From Steroidobacteraceae bacterium (GTDB lineage Bacteria > Pseudomonadota > Gammaproteobacteria > Steroidobacterales > Steroidobacteraceae): 64,000 nt of DNA. The first letter of the stretch is position 1. Every line of letters begins with the position of its first letter. Positions 1 through 13,059 of this stretch are shown piece after piece. The position numbers and the translations under genes were made by a program. Under the pieces are notes generated by a model, which ran no database searches, was not told the origin of the DNA, and saw nothing but the letters and a program-made list of their open reading frames with translations. The DNA is taken from the NCBI GenBank assembly GCA_032127975.1, contig JAQBHG010000036.1, positions 475-64,474 of the forward strand, given 5' to 3'.

Positions 1-2
1 CG

Positions 3-584
3 CGGATGCTGCTCGAAGAATCCTGTCCCGACGAATTTGATGCGCTGTGGGATGCCTGGGTTGCCGCGCGCGCGGCACCCGCCGTCCCCGGAGCCGCGGC
101 TTTCATCCGCGCCGCGCGCGAGTTGAAGGATCCGGCGGAGCGGCAGGTGCGCGTGTTCCTGATCACGAATCGCGAGTGCAAGCAGCGCACCGGCGTTGAG
201 TCGAGCTGCCCGCAGCAAGACGACACTCTTTCGAACCTGCGCGCCCTGGGGCTCGACGCCCCGACACTCGACGCCGACCTGATGCTGAAAAGCGAGCGGC
301 CCGAATGGAGCAGCGAGAAGCTGCCGCGCCGCCAGCAGGTCGCAAGGGAATATCGCATCGTGCTGAATGTGGGCGACGACCTCACCGATTTCATTGCCGA
401 CCTGCGCGGCAAGTCGTTGGCCGAGCGCGAACAGGCGCGCTGCCGCCATGACGACTGGTGGGGTGTGCGCTGGTTCGTGCTCCCGAATCCGATGTACGGT
501 TCCTGGCAACGCGCACTGGGACCGGATCCCGGCGCTGCGCTCGCACAGCCATTGACGCCATCCACCTGTGGCAAAGCAGTGTGA
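3..584 (+). CDS. HAD-superfamily class B acid phosphatase / 5'-nucleotidase, e(P4) family (5' end outside window)
   Basis: Frame is open from the window edge. C-terminal motifs VLNVGDDLTDF and LPNPMYGSWQ are typical of class B acid phosphatases. High GC3. Confidence 0.65.
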   Translation, partial: RMLLEESCPDEFDALWDAWVAARAAPAVPGAAAFIRAARELKDPAERQVRVFLITNRECKQRTGVESSCPQQDDTLSNLRALGLDAPTLDADLMLKSERPEWSSEKLPRRQQVAREYRIVLNVGDDLTDFIADLRGKSLAEREQARCRHDDWWGVRWFVLPNPMYGSWQRALGPDPGAALAQPLTPSTCGKAV

Positions 585-671
585 CGGACCTCAAAAACTG
601 CGTAGAAACCGCTGCGCGGGCTTGGTGCTTGGCTTATGTTGACTCGCAGGTCCCTGGACTGGTGACATGCG

Positions 672-1295
672 ATGACCCCGGCCGACGAACGCGTACTTCA
701 GCTGCTGCAGAAGTGGCAGAAGAGTCTCGAGCTGCATGCCGGCTACGCTGGTCTGCCCGAGGACCAGTACTGGCTGGTCCAACCCTGGCCGAAGCACCAG
801 CGGCCGACCAAGTGGGTCATCGACCTCGCGCGGCAGCGGCTGGCCGATCTGCAGAACATCGTGAAGACAAGGCTTGCCACGGGCGATCCCTCACTGTCCG
901 AGGCGCTCGAATTGATGTCATTTCTGACCAACCTGGTCGGCTCGCAGCATGTCGAACGCTTCGTGCCGGTTGCCGAGCCGGAACGCGAGCGCCAACTGGA
1001 AGGAGCCGGGCAGGCGAAGGCCAAGACAAACAGCACGTCCACCATGGTCAAGCCGCGGCCGGCCGCAAGAAAGACCAGGCCCGCCGGCAGGAGCACCAAA
1101 CCCACAAACGACACGACGACGACAGAAGTCATCAAGGACGCGGTGCGCCTGATGAGCTGGGGGCGCGCCTGGCACGAATTGCCGGAGGCCATCGCGAGAA
1201 TCGCGGATCGCCCCGACGTCGCGCAGGTCCGACAGATCCTGCGCAGCAAGCGCAGCTTCATCGAGCAGCAAGCGGGCGATCAACCAAAACACTGA
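672..1295 (+). CDS. hypothetical protein with central K/T/P/R-rich low-complexity linker
   Basis: 207-aa ORF with high GC3 in this frame; overlapping ORFs in other frames are Arg/Ala-rich junk. No recognisable motif. Confidence 0.55.
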   Translation: MTPADERVLQLLQKWQKSLELHAGYAGLPEDQYWLVQPWPKHQRPTKWVIDLARQRLADLQNIVKTRLATGDPSLSEALELMSFLTNLVGSQHVERFVPVAEPERERQLEGAGQAKAKTNSTSTMVKPRPAARKTRPAGRSTKPTNDTTTTEVIKDAVRLMSWGRAWHELPEAIARIADRPDVAQVRQILRSKRSFIEQQAGDQPKH

Positions 1296-1316
1296 GCCAT
1301 CACGATCCGCGCCCGC

Positions 1317-1853
1317 ATGGATGAACAATCCAGCGCCGGCGCGACGGCAGCGGGCCCGCTGCGCCGACTTGCCGCACTCATATATGACTGCCTGCCGTTG
1401 CTGGCCATCCTGTTCGCCGGGACACTGGCCCTGTTGCCGCTGACGGGTGGCGAGGCAATCACGCCGGCCTCACAGGGTCTCGCCATCTATCTGGCCTATC
1501 GCGGCTATCTGGCGTTGCTCGCGTTCGGATACTTCGGCCTGGCCTGGACGCGGGGCGGCCAGACGCTCGGCATGATGGCCTGGAGGCTGCGACTCTGTAT
1601 GCGGGAAAACAGCGCGCCGGCATGGTCGGTCGCAACGCGACGTTTTGCGCTCGGGCTCGCGCTGGCGGCCGCGGCCGAATATGGGTCGCGCCTGGCATTT
1701 GCGCCCGGTGGGTCGGCGCGAGTGCTGGCAGGCAGCATGCTGCTGCTGCCGCTCATCGTGAATTTCGCCTGGATCCCGTTCGACGCCAAAGGCCGCAGCC
1801 TTCAGGACCTGACATGCGGGACACGCGTGCTGCGAACCGCAAGGCGCGGCTAG
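1317..1853 (+). CDS. RDD family membrane protein
   Basis: N-terminal RRLAALIYDxLPLL and later TRGGQTLGMMAWRLRL are typical of the RDD domain. Three hydrophobic segments. Confidence 0.7.
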   Translation: MDEQSSAGATAAGPLRRLAALIYDCLPLLAILFAGTLALLPLTGGEAITPASQGLAIYLAYRGYLALLAFGYFGLAWTRGGQTLGMMAWRLRLCMRENSAPAWSVATRRFALGLALAAAAEYGSRLAFAPGGSARVLAGSMLLLPLIVNFAWIPFDAKGRSLQDLTCGTRVLRTARRG

Positions 1854-2917
1854 TGGACGCGCCGGATCCCGACGAGTGCAACCACGGTCAGTAGCAGCGT
1901 GGGTCCCCAGGCCACCAGCAGCGGATTCAGATCATAGACGAGGCCGCTGTTTTCCAGTGTCTGCGTCAACAGGATGAACAATATGCCCGCCATGATGCCG
2001 AGCACCGTGCGGGCCCCGGCGCCGGCTGCGCGCAGGGGTCCGAGCGCGAACGGCACGGCAAACACGCAGACGACGATGGCCGCAACCAGCCGCGAAATCC
2101 GCGACCAGAAAGCGATCTCCCAGGGCCGCGGGTCCAGATCATTGGCTTTCAGGTGCCGGACAAAGGCGTAGACGTCCGTCAGTGGCAGCGCCGTCGGCCT
2201 GGTGACGGCAAGACCGAGGAAGTCCGCGTTGAACCGGGCGCCGGCCTCCTCGCGGTCCTTGACGCGCACCTGGACGCGCCCGGCTTCCAGCCGGGTCTCG
2301 GCATAATTCGAAAGGATCCACCGCCCCGCCGGATCCTGCGCCGCGGTTTCCGCGCGGCCAACCAGCTGCAACCGGTGATCGTCGCCCAGCTGGTAGACGA
2401 AAACCCCGCCGAAAAGATTATTGGCCGCCTGCTGACGGACATTGAGGAACCATGATCCCTGCCGCACCCACGCGCTGCTGCTGCCACCGATTTCGAGTTC
2501 CGAGTACTTGCTGAAGATCTTGTGCTGGCGCGCGTACTGGTCCGCTGGTGGCGCCAGGTACTCTCCGAGCAGCCACATCGCCGCTGCGACAACCAGGCCC
2601 GCTAGCGCAGCCGATGCGGCCAGTCGTACGGTCGACACTCCGACGGAACGCACGATGGTCAACTCGCTGTCGCGGGCAAGCGCGCCGAGACCGAGGATCG
2701 CGCCGATCAGCGTGGCGATCGGAAGCAGCTCGTAGGCTTGCTGCGGAAGCGTCAGCGCCGTGAACAGGAAAGCGTCACCGACGCCATAACTGCCGACGCC
2801 GATGTCGTTCTGCTGGCCGATGAAGGTCACGAGCGTCATCAGCGCCATCAATACGGCCAGGACCATCAGCGTGTGGATCAGGACGGTTCGTGCGAGGTAG
2901 CGGTCGAGCAGCGTCAT
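1850..2917 (-). CDS. lptG: LPS export ABC transporter permease LptG
   Basis: YjgP/YjgQ-type N-terminus MTLLDRYLARTVL. ATGA overlap with upstream lptF. Internal ATG chosen over the longer ORF start at 3010. Confidence 0.85.
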   Translation of the reverse strand: MTLLDRYLARTVLIHTLMVLAVLMALMTLVTFIGQQNDIGVGSYGVGDAFLFTALTLPQQAYELLPIATLIGAILGLGALARDSELTIVRSVGVSTVRLAASAALAGLVVAAAMWLLGEYLAPPADQYARQHKIFSKYSELEIGGSSSAWVRQGSWFLNVRQQAANNLFGGVFVYQLGDDHRLQLVGRAETAAQDPAGRWILSNYAETRLEAGRVQVRVKDREEAGARFNADFLGLAVTRPTALPLTDVYAFVRHLKANDLDPRPWEIAFWSRISRLVAAIVVCVFAVPFALGPLRAAGAGARTVLGIMAGILFILLTQTLENSGLVYDLNPLLVAWGPTLLLTVVALVGIRRVH

Positions 2918-4008
2918 GCCCTGCTCCCGCCGGGATTCCGCCAGAATTTCAGCGGGTTCTGCCGATGCAGCAATACCAGTCCCACAATTATCACCAGCAG
3001 GTGAACCCACCAGCTGCCGATACTTGGAGCGATGCGCCCTTTTTCGATCCAGACCTGCATGGCCGAGATCAGGTTGGAATAGACGAAATAGATCAGTATC
3101 GCGATCGCAACCCGCGCGTAGCGTCCCTCACGCGGCCGCAGCGCCGCCAGCGGAACCGCGACCAGTGCCAGTACGAGCACCATGATCGGCATCGAGATGC
3201 GTTGCTGCAGCTCGGCGATATCGGCAAGCGTGGTTGAACCGATCAACTCGCTGGTCGGCTTGCGTTCCGGAGTATCCCGCCCGCTGCCAGGTTCCGGCAG
3301 GACCACCGGGATGCCGTGCTCGACAAAGCGGATACGCCGGAATTCGGGCCGGCCCGGCACACCCTCGATGCGCTCGCCATCGTGCAGCACCACGAGTTGC
3401 GTCTGGCCGCCATCCAGCACGCGCTGTTCGGCCCAGGCAGCGGTTGCGACCTCGACCCGGTCATCCACATATCGCTGCACGAACACGTTGGCGAGCCTGC
3501 CATTGGCGTCGCTGCGCTCGGCATAGAACACGGCCCTGCCGTCGCCAAATGTCCTGAACACGCCGGCTTCCAGATTCCCGAACTGAGCGTCGCGCATCGC
3601 CTTGGCACGCAGTTCCTCTGCGCTGTCGCGCGCCACCGGTCCCACCTCGAATGTGAGCCACGCGAGCCCCACCGCGAGCGGTAGCGCAAGCGCATAGACC
3701 GGCAGGTACAGCCGGGCCGGCCCGACGCCGCAGGCGCTCACGGCCGTCATCTCACTTTCGTGATACAGCCGGCCCAGCGCCAGCATCACGGCGAGCAGGA
3801 TGCCGATCGGCACCAGCAGCACCAGATTCTGCAGCGTCGTCAGGCCGATCAGCGCGAAGACGATGTCACGCGGAAATCCGTGCTCCGCAGCCAGGCCCAG
3901 AATCTTGGCCAGCTGACCGCTGACCAGTATCGCGAGCAGCACCATCGTGACGGCCAGCCACGAAACCGCGATTTCGCGCAGGACATAGCGGTCAAATGTG
4001 CGGAACAA
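2914..4008 (-). CDS. lptF: LPS export ABC transporter permease LptF
   Basis: N-terminus MFRTFDRYVLREI. Divergent from pepA, as in E. coli and Pseudomonas. Confidence 0.85.
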   Translation of the reverse strand: MFRTFDRYVLREIAVSWLAVTMVLLAILVSGQLAKILGLAAEHGFPRDIVFALIGLTTLQNLVLLVPIGILLAVMLALGRLYHESEMTAVSACGVGPARLYLPVYALALPLAVGLAWLTFEVGPVARDSAEELRAKAMRDAQFGNLEAGVFRTFGDGRAVFYAERSDANGRLANVFVQRYVDDRVEVATAAWAEQRVLDGGQTQLVVLHDGERIEGVPGRPEFRRIRFVEHGIPVVLPEPGSGRDTPERKPTSELIGSTTLADIAELQQRISMPIMVLVLALVAVPLAALRPREGRYARVAIAILIYFVYSNLISAMQVWIEKGRIAPSIGSWWVHLLVIIVGLVLLHRQNPLKFWRNPGGSRA

Positions 4009-4144
4009 GGCGGTTATCGTGCGGACCCCGGCGCGCGGATCCGTCCTTTTCGATTAAACTGGCGTGCACACGGTAAACCAGCGCCGCAGCGCACTCAACG
4101 GGCAGGACCCGCGGCGGCCCGGCGCAGCCAGGGGACGATCGAAA

Positions 4145-5629
4145 ATGCAGTTCTACGCCACCGCTTCTTCCGCAGCGCGGCAACGCTCAGCCTGCGCCAT
4201 CGTCGGCATCCACGAAAACGCCGAAATGACCGGTCCCGCGCGCGAACTCGACCGCGCGAGCGGTAAAGCGATCAGCCGGGTGCTGCGTCGCGGCGATTTC
4301 AGCGGCAAGACCGGCGAAGCGCTGCCGATCATGGGCGGCCTGCGGGGCCCAGCCGAACGAGTGCTGCTGGTCGGCCTCGGCGCGAAGAAGGGATACGGCC
4401 CAAAGGCCTATCGCCGCGCAGTGACAGTGGCGACCAGCTGGCTCGCAAAGAGTGGCGCCGCCAACGCCATGCTGTACCTGCCTGCACAGCCGATTCCCGG
4501 CCTCGACGCCTACTACGCCGCGCGCCTCGCGGCCGAGGTCGTCGGCGCAACTCTCTACCGGATACCCGATCTCAAGTCGGGCCGCAAACCACCGCGACCG
4601 AAGCTCGCAAAGTTCGGCATCGGCGTGCGATCTGCAGACCTTGCCGGTGCGCGTCGCGGCATCCGCGACGGCCGCGGCATTGGCATCGGCATGGCATTGA
4701 CCCGCGATCTCGCGAACCTGCCCGCGAATGTCTGCACGCCGTCCTACCTGGCGCGCGCCGCGCGACGGCTTGCAAAAGAGCATCGCAAGATCCGGGTGCG
4801 CGTGCTCGACGAGCGCGCGATCCGCCGGCTCCGCATGGGCTCCTTCCTGTCGGTCACGCGCGGCTCCGATGAGCCGCCGCGTCTCCTGGTGATCGAATAT
4901 CTCGGAACAAAGCGCAGCGCGGCCCCGGTCGCGCTGGTCGGCAAGGGCATTACCTTCGACACCGGCGGCATTTCATTGAAGCAGCCGACCGCGATGGACG
5001 AGATGAAATTCGACATGACCGGCGCCGCCAGCGTGTTCGGAGCGATCAAGGCGCTTGCGACGATCGGCGCCGCCGTCAATGTCGTCGGCATCGTGCCGAC
5101 CTGCGAGAACATGCCGAACGGCCGCGCGACCAAGCCCGGCGACATCGTCAAGTCGATGGCCGGCAAGACCATAGAAGTGCTGAATACCGACGCGGAAGGA
5201 CGGCTGATCCTCTGCGACGGCATCACCTATGCGCGCCGCTTCAAGCCGCGCGCCGTGGTTGACATCGCAACGCTGACGGGCGCCTGCGTGATCGCCCTTG
5301 GCGGGCACTATTGCGGCCTGTTCTCTCCGGACGACAAGCTCGCCGCAGCGCTGGCGGCGGCCGGCGAGCGATCCGGTGACCGCGCCTGGCGCATGCCGGT
5401 TGCAGAAGAGTACTCGGAGCTTCTGAAGAGCAATTTCGCCGATTTCGCCAATGTCGCTGGCCGCGAGGCCGGCGCCATCACGGCGGCGTGCTTCCTCTGG
5501 AAATTCACCGAGGGCCTGCGCTGGGCGCACCTGGACATCGCGGGCACCGCCTATCTGACCGGCAGCCAGAAAGGCAGCACCGGCCGACCGGTGCCGCTGC
5601 TGGTGGACTGGCTGCTGCACGGAGATTGA
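4145..5629 (+). CDS. pepA: leucyl aminopeptidase (M17)
   Basis: NTDAEGRLILCD and GKGITFDTGGISLK motifs. Conserved pepA-holC-valS order. Internal ATG at 4145 gives a normal length. Confidence 0.9.
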   Translation: MQFYATASSAARQRSACAIVGIHENAEMTGPARELDRASGKAISRVLRRGDFSGKTGEALPIMGGLRGPAERVLLVGLGAKKGYGPKAYRRAVTVATSWLAKSGAANAMLYLPAQPIPGLDAYYAARLAAEVVGATLYRIPDLKSGRKPPRPKLAKFGIGVRSADLAGARRGIRDGRGIGIGMALTRDLANLPANVCTPSYLARAARRLAKEHRKIRVRVLDERAIRRLRMGSFLSVTRGSDEPPRLLVIEYLGTKRSAAPVALVGKGITFDTGGISLKQPTAMDEMKFDMTGAASVFGAIKALATIGAAVNVVGIVPTCENMPNGRATKPGDIVKSMAGKTIEVLNTDAEGRLILCDGITYARRFKPRAVVDIATLTGACVIALGGHYCGLFSPDDKLAAALAAAGERSGDRAWRMPVAEEYSELLKSNFADFANVAGREAGAITAACFLWKFTEGLRWAHLDIAGTAYLTGSQKGSTGRPVPLLVDWLLHGD

Positions 5630-5633
5630 GGCC

Positions 5634-6086
5634 ATGGCGATGCCACGCGTGGACTTCTACGTGCTGGCGAGCGCAGACCCGGCAGCGCGGCTGCGATTCG
5701 CTTGCCGGCTGGTCGAAAAAGCCTGGTTACACGAGCACCGCGTCCGGGTGGAGCTCGAGCCCGGCGGTGGGGCAGCCTTCGACGACCTGCTGTGGACATT
5801 TGCCGATCGCAGTTTCGTACCGCACGAACGGCTGGCCGCAGATGGCGTGCCGCGCGGATCGGCTGCGCCGGTCGTCATCGCCGAGGGCAATGCCAGCGGG
5901 CCTGACGACCGGGACATGCTGGTCAACCTGGCGGCCTGCGTGCCTGCGCAGATTCAGAGTTATGCGCGCATCGCCGAAGTCGTCGACGCCGATGAAGAGT
6001 GCCGCAGGCTGGGCCGCGAACGCTTCCGCTATTACCGTGAGCAGGGCATCGAGCCCCAGACGCACGAAATGGGTGACGACTCGTGA
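5634..6086 (+). CDS. holC: DNA polymerase III chi subunit
   Basis: 150 aa. Has VDFYVL, DDLLWTF and SFVPH, the pattern of HolC. Sits between pepA and valS. Confidence 0.8.
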   Translation: MAMPRVDFYVLASADPAARLRFACRLVEKAWLHEHRVRVELEPGGGAAFDDLLWTFADRSFVPHERLAADGVPRGSAAPVVIAEGNASGPDDRDMLVNLAACVPAQIQSYARIAEVVDADEECRRLGRERFRYYREQGIEPQTHEMGDDS

Positions 6087-6403
6087 GCCGCGACGCAATC
6101 GATGAGCTGCCGATCCTGACCGACATCGTCGAATTGCATGCGACCGGCAGCTTTCCCCGCCCCGACCCTGAAGGTGACGCAAGCAGTCCCTACGCCTCCG
6201 GCCTGCTGTCGCCGGACGACATCTCCGCGCTGCAGGCGGCCTTGGTCAGCCGCATGATGAACCTGACCGACGAACTGCTGCACGCTGCGGCGCGCGATAT
6301 TGAGGCCGTCATGTTCGAGCGCGTCATCGACCGTTTGCGTGCTGCATTGCCCGAACTCGTCGCAGCCGCCCTGCGTGAACATCTCGCCACGAACGAGGAC
6401 TGA
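6083..6403 (+). CDS. small acidic hypothetical protein
   Basis: GTG start overlaps the holC stop (GTGA). High GC3. 106 aa with no known motif. Confidence 0.5.
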   Translation: MSRDAIDELPILTDIVELHATGSFPRPDPEGDASSPYASGLLSPDDISALQAALVSRMMNLTDELLHAAARDIEAVMFERVIDRLRAALPELVAAALREHLATNED

Positions 6404-6419
6404 CGCGGCCGCCGGGTTC

Positions 6420-9175
<2,756 letters not shown>

Positions 9176-9179
<4 letters not shown>

Positions 9180-10123
9180 AAGCGCTGGCCGAGGCCCCGG
9201 ACCGCGAACGCACGCTGCTGATGGCAGCGCTCGCGAGCCTCAATCAGGTCGTGCTGGGCAAGGATCGCGAGATCCGGCTCGCGATCTGCTGCCTGCTGGC
9301 CCGGGGTCACCTGCTGATCGAGGACATACCGGGGGTCGGCAAGACGACACTCGCGCACGCACTCGCGCGCGTGCTCGGGCTTTCGTTCCAGCGCATCCAG
9401 TTCACCAGCGACCTGCTGCCTGCCGATGTGATCGGCGTTTCGGTCTACGACCGCGGCAGCGGTCGATTCGTGTTCCACCGCGGCCCCGTCTTCGCACAGC
9501 TCGTGATGGCCGACGAAGTCAATCGCGCGACGCCGAAGGCCCAGAGTGCGCTGCTCGAGGCCATGGAGGAGCGCCAGGTCACGGTCGACGGCGAGACCCA
9601 CCTCTTGCCGGAGCCGTTCTTCGTCGTCGCCACGCAGAATCCGTCATTCCAGGTCGGCACGTTCCCGCTGCCCGAATCGCAGATTGACCGCTTCCTGATG
9701 CGCATCGAGCTCGGTTATCCCGCAGCCGGTCATGAGCGCCAATTGCTGCGTGGCCGCGACCGACGCGACCTGCTCGCCGACTTGCCCGCCGTGCTCGATC
9801 CCGCCGTCATCCTGTCATTGCAGCGCCGCATACCCGAGCTGCACGCAAGCGATGCGCTGCTCGACTATGTGCAGGCGCTGGCGCGCGCATCACGCGACAG
9901 TGGCCAGCATCAGGCGGGGCTGTCGCCGCGCGCGGTGATCTCGCTGTTGCGCGCCGCCCAGGCCTGGTCATTCCTGCATGGCCACGCCGGTGTGCTGCCG
10001 GATGACCTGCAGGCAGTGCTTGCCGCCGTGGTCGGGCATCGGCTTCGGCCGCGCGACGCGCAGGATGCGCGCCGTCCGCTGGAGATGGCCGCTGCACTGC
10101 TCAAATCCGTACCGATACCCTGA
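9176..10123 (+). CDS. MoxR-family AAA+ ATPase
   Basis: Walker [10 protein letters not shown], Walker [16 protein letters not shown] motif. The ATG overlaps the valS TGA (ATGA). Confidence 0.9.
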
Positions 10124-10145
10124 GCCGATGCCGCGGGCATAGCGC

Positions 10146-11117
10146 ATGCGCTTGACCGGATTCCTCAGGCAGCGGGTGCGGAACTGGATCCGGCGCCGCC
10201 AGGGTCCGGACCGCGGCCCGGTGACCTTGCGGCGTGGCCGCATCTATATCCTGCCGACCAGCCTCGGCGTCGCCTTCGGCCTGATGCTGTTCGCGATGCT
10301 ACTCGGCTCGCTCAACTACGCGAACAACCTCGGTCTCGGCCTCACATTCCTGCTCGCGTCGCTTGGCCTCGTGACGATGCAGGCCTGTCACCGCAATCTC
10401 GAGACCTTGATCGTCAGCGAGGCCGGTACTGAATCGCCATTCGCCGGCCAGGAAGCGATCTTCCAGCTGGCGTTCTCAAACCCCGGTCGTGCGGCCCGCT
10501 GCGACCTGGAGGCCGCGACGAGCGTGATGGCCGCCGACCCGGTTTCGATTGCTGCCGGCGGCGAAGCCGCCGTGAATCTTCGCGTCGCCACCAGGCGCCG
10601 CGGCTGGGTGCTGCTCGATCGCGTCGAGATCGCGACACGATTTCCCTACGGGCTGTTCCGTGCCTGGGCCGTGCTGCATCCGGACCGGCGCTGCCTGGTG
10701 TATCCGCGTCCCGCCGACACCGCGCCTCCACCGCCCCCCGCGCCCGGTGCAAGCGGTGCAGGGGCAATGCGGCGCGGTGACGACGACTTCGCCGGACTGA
10801 AAGACTATCACCCCGGCGATGCGCCGCGTCATATCGCCTGGAAGGCCTACGCAAAGGGCGGCGAACTGCTGGTCAAGGAATTCAGCGGTGCCGCGGAACC
10901 GGTGCCCATATTCGACCTGGCGCAGGTGCCTGGCCCCGATCTTGAATCGAGGTTGTCGGTGCTGGCGCGTTGGATTGTCGATGCAGAGGCGCGCGGCGAG
11001 ACATTCGGCCTGCGCCTGCCCGGTCTCGAGATTCCGCCGCAGCCCGGCCGGCAGCAGCGCCGCCGTTGCCTCGCCGCCCTCGCCGAATACCAGACCGTGG
11101 GGCCCGTCGATGCTTGA
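10146..11117 (+). CDS. DUF58 (vWA-like) protein
   Basis: Two N-terminal TM helices and the DUF58 signature DDFAGLKDYHPGDAPRHIAWKAYAK. Follows MoxR, as in known MoxR operons. Confidence 0.85.
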   Translation: MRLTGFLRQRVRNWIRRRQGPDRGPVTLRRGRIYILPTSLGVAFGLMLFAMLLGSLNYANNLGLGLTFLLASLGLVTMQACHRNLETLIVSEAGTESPFAGQEAIFQLAFSNPGRAARCDLEAATSVMAADPVSIAAGGEAAVNLRVATRRRGWVLLDRVEIATRFPYGLFRAWAVLHPDRRCLVYPRPADTAPPPPPAPGASGAGAMRRGDDDFAGLKDYHPGDAPRHIAWKAYAKGGELLVKEFSGAAEPVPIFDLAQVPGPDLESRLSVLARWIVDAEARGETFGLRLPGLEIPPQPGRQQRRRCLAALAEYQTVGPVDA

Positions 11118-13059
11118 GCCCGGCGAACAGTTCCGGCGGCTCTCCTGGACGACGGCCGGCCTGGTCGCAGCGCTCGTGCCGCATATGGCGCATCTGCGCA
11201 TCTGGGTCACCGGGTTCGTGCTCGCGGCCTGCGTCTGGCGGCTGCTTGCCGAGCGTCGCGGCTGGCGCCTGCCCGGTGTCGCGCTGCGCACGGCGATCGC
11301 ACTCGGCGCCACGGCTGGCGTGATTACAAGCTACTCGACCATCACCGGTCTTGACGGTGGCACGGCACTCCTTGCCCTGATGGCCGCGCTGAAGCTGCTC
11401 GAGACGCGCGCACCTCGCGATCACGTCGTGCTCATCTTCATTGGCTGGTTCCTGTGCCTCGCTGCCTTCCTGTATGCACAGGACATCCGGACCGTCGCTT
11501 TCGTCTTGCCGACCGTCTGGCTGCTGGCAGCGGCGCTGCTCGAGGTTGCGCGCCGGGGCCACGGTCTTGCGCCTGCCCCGTTCCGGGCGACCGGCGCGAT
11601 GCTGGTGAAGGCGCTGCCGCTCGCGTTCGTGTTGTTTCTGTTCTTCCCGCGCATCGCAGGCAGTTTCTGGGGCGCCCCTTCGAGCGAGCGAGCGCTGACC
11701 GGCCTGACCGACGAGATGTCGCCGGGTGACATCTCGGACCTGACGCTGAATGACACGGTCGCGTTTCGCGTGCGCTTCAAGGGATCGCCGCCGCCGCCCT
11801 CGGAACGTTACTGGCGCGGCCCGGTGCTGAACGAGTTCGATGGCTACACCTGGTCGCGCGGCGAAATCCAGTTTCATGACCGGCCGCTCGTGCGCTATCT
11901 GGGGCAATCCATCGACTACACGGTCACGCTCGAGCCGACCGGCCAGCGGATGCTGTTCGCACTCGACATGGTCGAGGAATGGCCGGCGGCGATGGCGCAG
12001 CGATCCTGGGACTTTCAGCTGCGCACCAGGAACCCCGTCAATTCGGTGCTGCAATACGATGCCCGCTCTTATCCGCGTTACCAGGCGGGAACGCAGAATT
12101 CGCCGGCGCTTCGCAATTCGAACCTGCAACTAGCGCCGGGCCGCAACCCGCGCTCGATCCAGCTCGCGCGCAGCATGCGCAGGGCAGCGGGCAGCGAACG
12201 CGAGTTCGCGCGGTCGGTGCTCGCCATGTTCCGCGAGCAGGACTTCTACTACACGCTGGCCCCGCCGGGTCTCGAGCGCGACTCGGTCGACGACTTCCTG
12301 TTCAACACGCGCCAGGGCTTCTGCGGGCACTTTGCATCCGCATTCACGATGATGATGCGCGCGGGCGGTGTGCCGGCCAGGGTCGTCGGCGGCTACCAGG
12401 GAGGCGACTGGAACCCGATCGGCGGTTATCTGATCCTTCGCCAGTCGCATGCGCATGCCTGGTCGGAGGTCTGGCTGCCCGATTCCGGCTGGACGCGGAT
12501 CGATCCCACGGCTGCAGTCGCCCCGGAACGCATCGAGCGCGGGCTGACGGCCGAAATTTCCGGAGACGGATTGAGAGAGGGCGGCCTGACGCGCGACGGC
12601 GGGCTCTATTGGCAGGCGGGCATGATCTGGGACAGCGTCAATGCGCATTGGAACGACTGGGTCGTGCAGTTCAACCGCTTGCAGCAGGAAGAACTGCTGC
12701 GCGAAATCGGTTTCGACGACCCGGACTGGCAGGATCTGGCGCTGGTGCTGGGTGTCGGGCTCGGCGCGGCGCTGGCACTGCTGTCCGGCTGGCTGGCCTG
12801 GGAATTCAGGCCACGGCGCCCGGATCCCGTGACCGCGAACTACCGGCGCTTCGTGCAGAGACTTGCACGCCGGGGCGTCGAGAAATCACCACACGAGGCG
12901 CCGCGCGACTTTGCGGCGCGCGTGCGTCATCTTCGTCCCGACCTGGCTCCAGCGGCATCCGCGATCACCGAGTTGTACCTGCAGCTGCGCTACCTGCCGG
13001 TCCACGGCGCGCGCGACCTTATGCTGCTGCGCGCCCTGGTCCGGCGCTTCAATCCTTGA
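11110..13059 (+). CDS. transglutaminase-like membrane protein (DUF3488/TGase core/DUF4129 architecture)
   Basis: Multi-TM N-terminus. Cys-His-Asp core: GFCGHFASAF, HAWSEVW, RIDPT. The ATG at 11110 overlaps the DUF58 end by 8 nt. Confidence 0.85.
   Translation: MLEPGEQFRRLSWTTAGLVAALVPHMAHLRIWVTGFVLAACVWRLLAERRGWRLPGVALRTAIALGATAGVITSYSTITGLDGGTALLALMAALKLLETRAPRDHVVLIFIGWFLCLAAFLYAQDIRTVAFVLPTVWLLAAALLEVARRGHGLAPAPFRATGAMLVKALPLAFVLFLFFPRIAGSFWGAPSSERALTGLTDEMSPGDISDLTLNDTVAFRVRFKGSPPPPSERYWRGPVLNEFDGYTWSRGEIQFHDRPLVRYLGQSIDYTVTLEPTGQRMLFALDMVEEWPAAMAQRSWDFQLRTRNPVNSVLQYDARSYPRYQAGTQNSPALRNSNLQLAPGRNPRSIQLARSMRRAAGSEREFARSVLAMFREQDFYYTLAPPGLERDSVDDFLFNTRQGFCGHFASAFTMMMRAGGVPARVVGGYQGGDWNPIGGYLILRQSHAHAWSEVWLPDSGWTRIDPTAAVAPERIERGLTAEISGDGLREGGLTRDGGLYWQAGMIWDSVNAHWNDWVVQFNRLQQEELLREIGFDDPDWQDLALVLGVGLGAALALLSGWLAWEFRPRRPDPVTANYRRFVQRLARRGVEKSPHEAPRDFAARVRHLRPDLAPAASAITELYLQLRYLPVHGARDLMLLRALVRRFNP

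Noticed and set aside
458-1324. 288-aa ORF overlapping the 672-1295 gene in another frame
   Set aside because: The translation is Arg/Ala/Gly-rich with lower GC3 than the 672 frame. It also overlaps the end of the phosphatase gene.
10819-11109. Longer start for the transglutaminase-like gene
   Set aside because: The extension overlaps DUF58 in another frame and is Arg/Cys-rich. The ATG at 11110 begins the hydrophobic DUF3488-type N-terminus.
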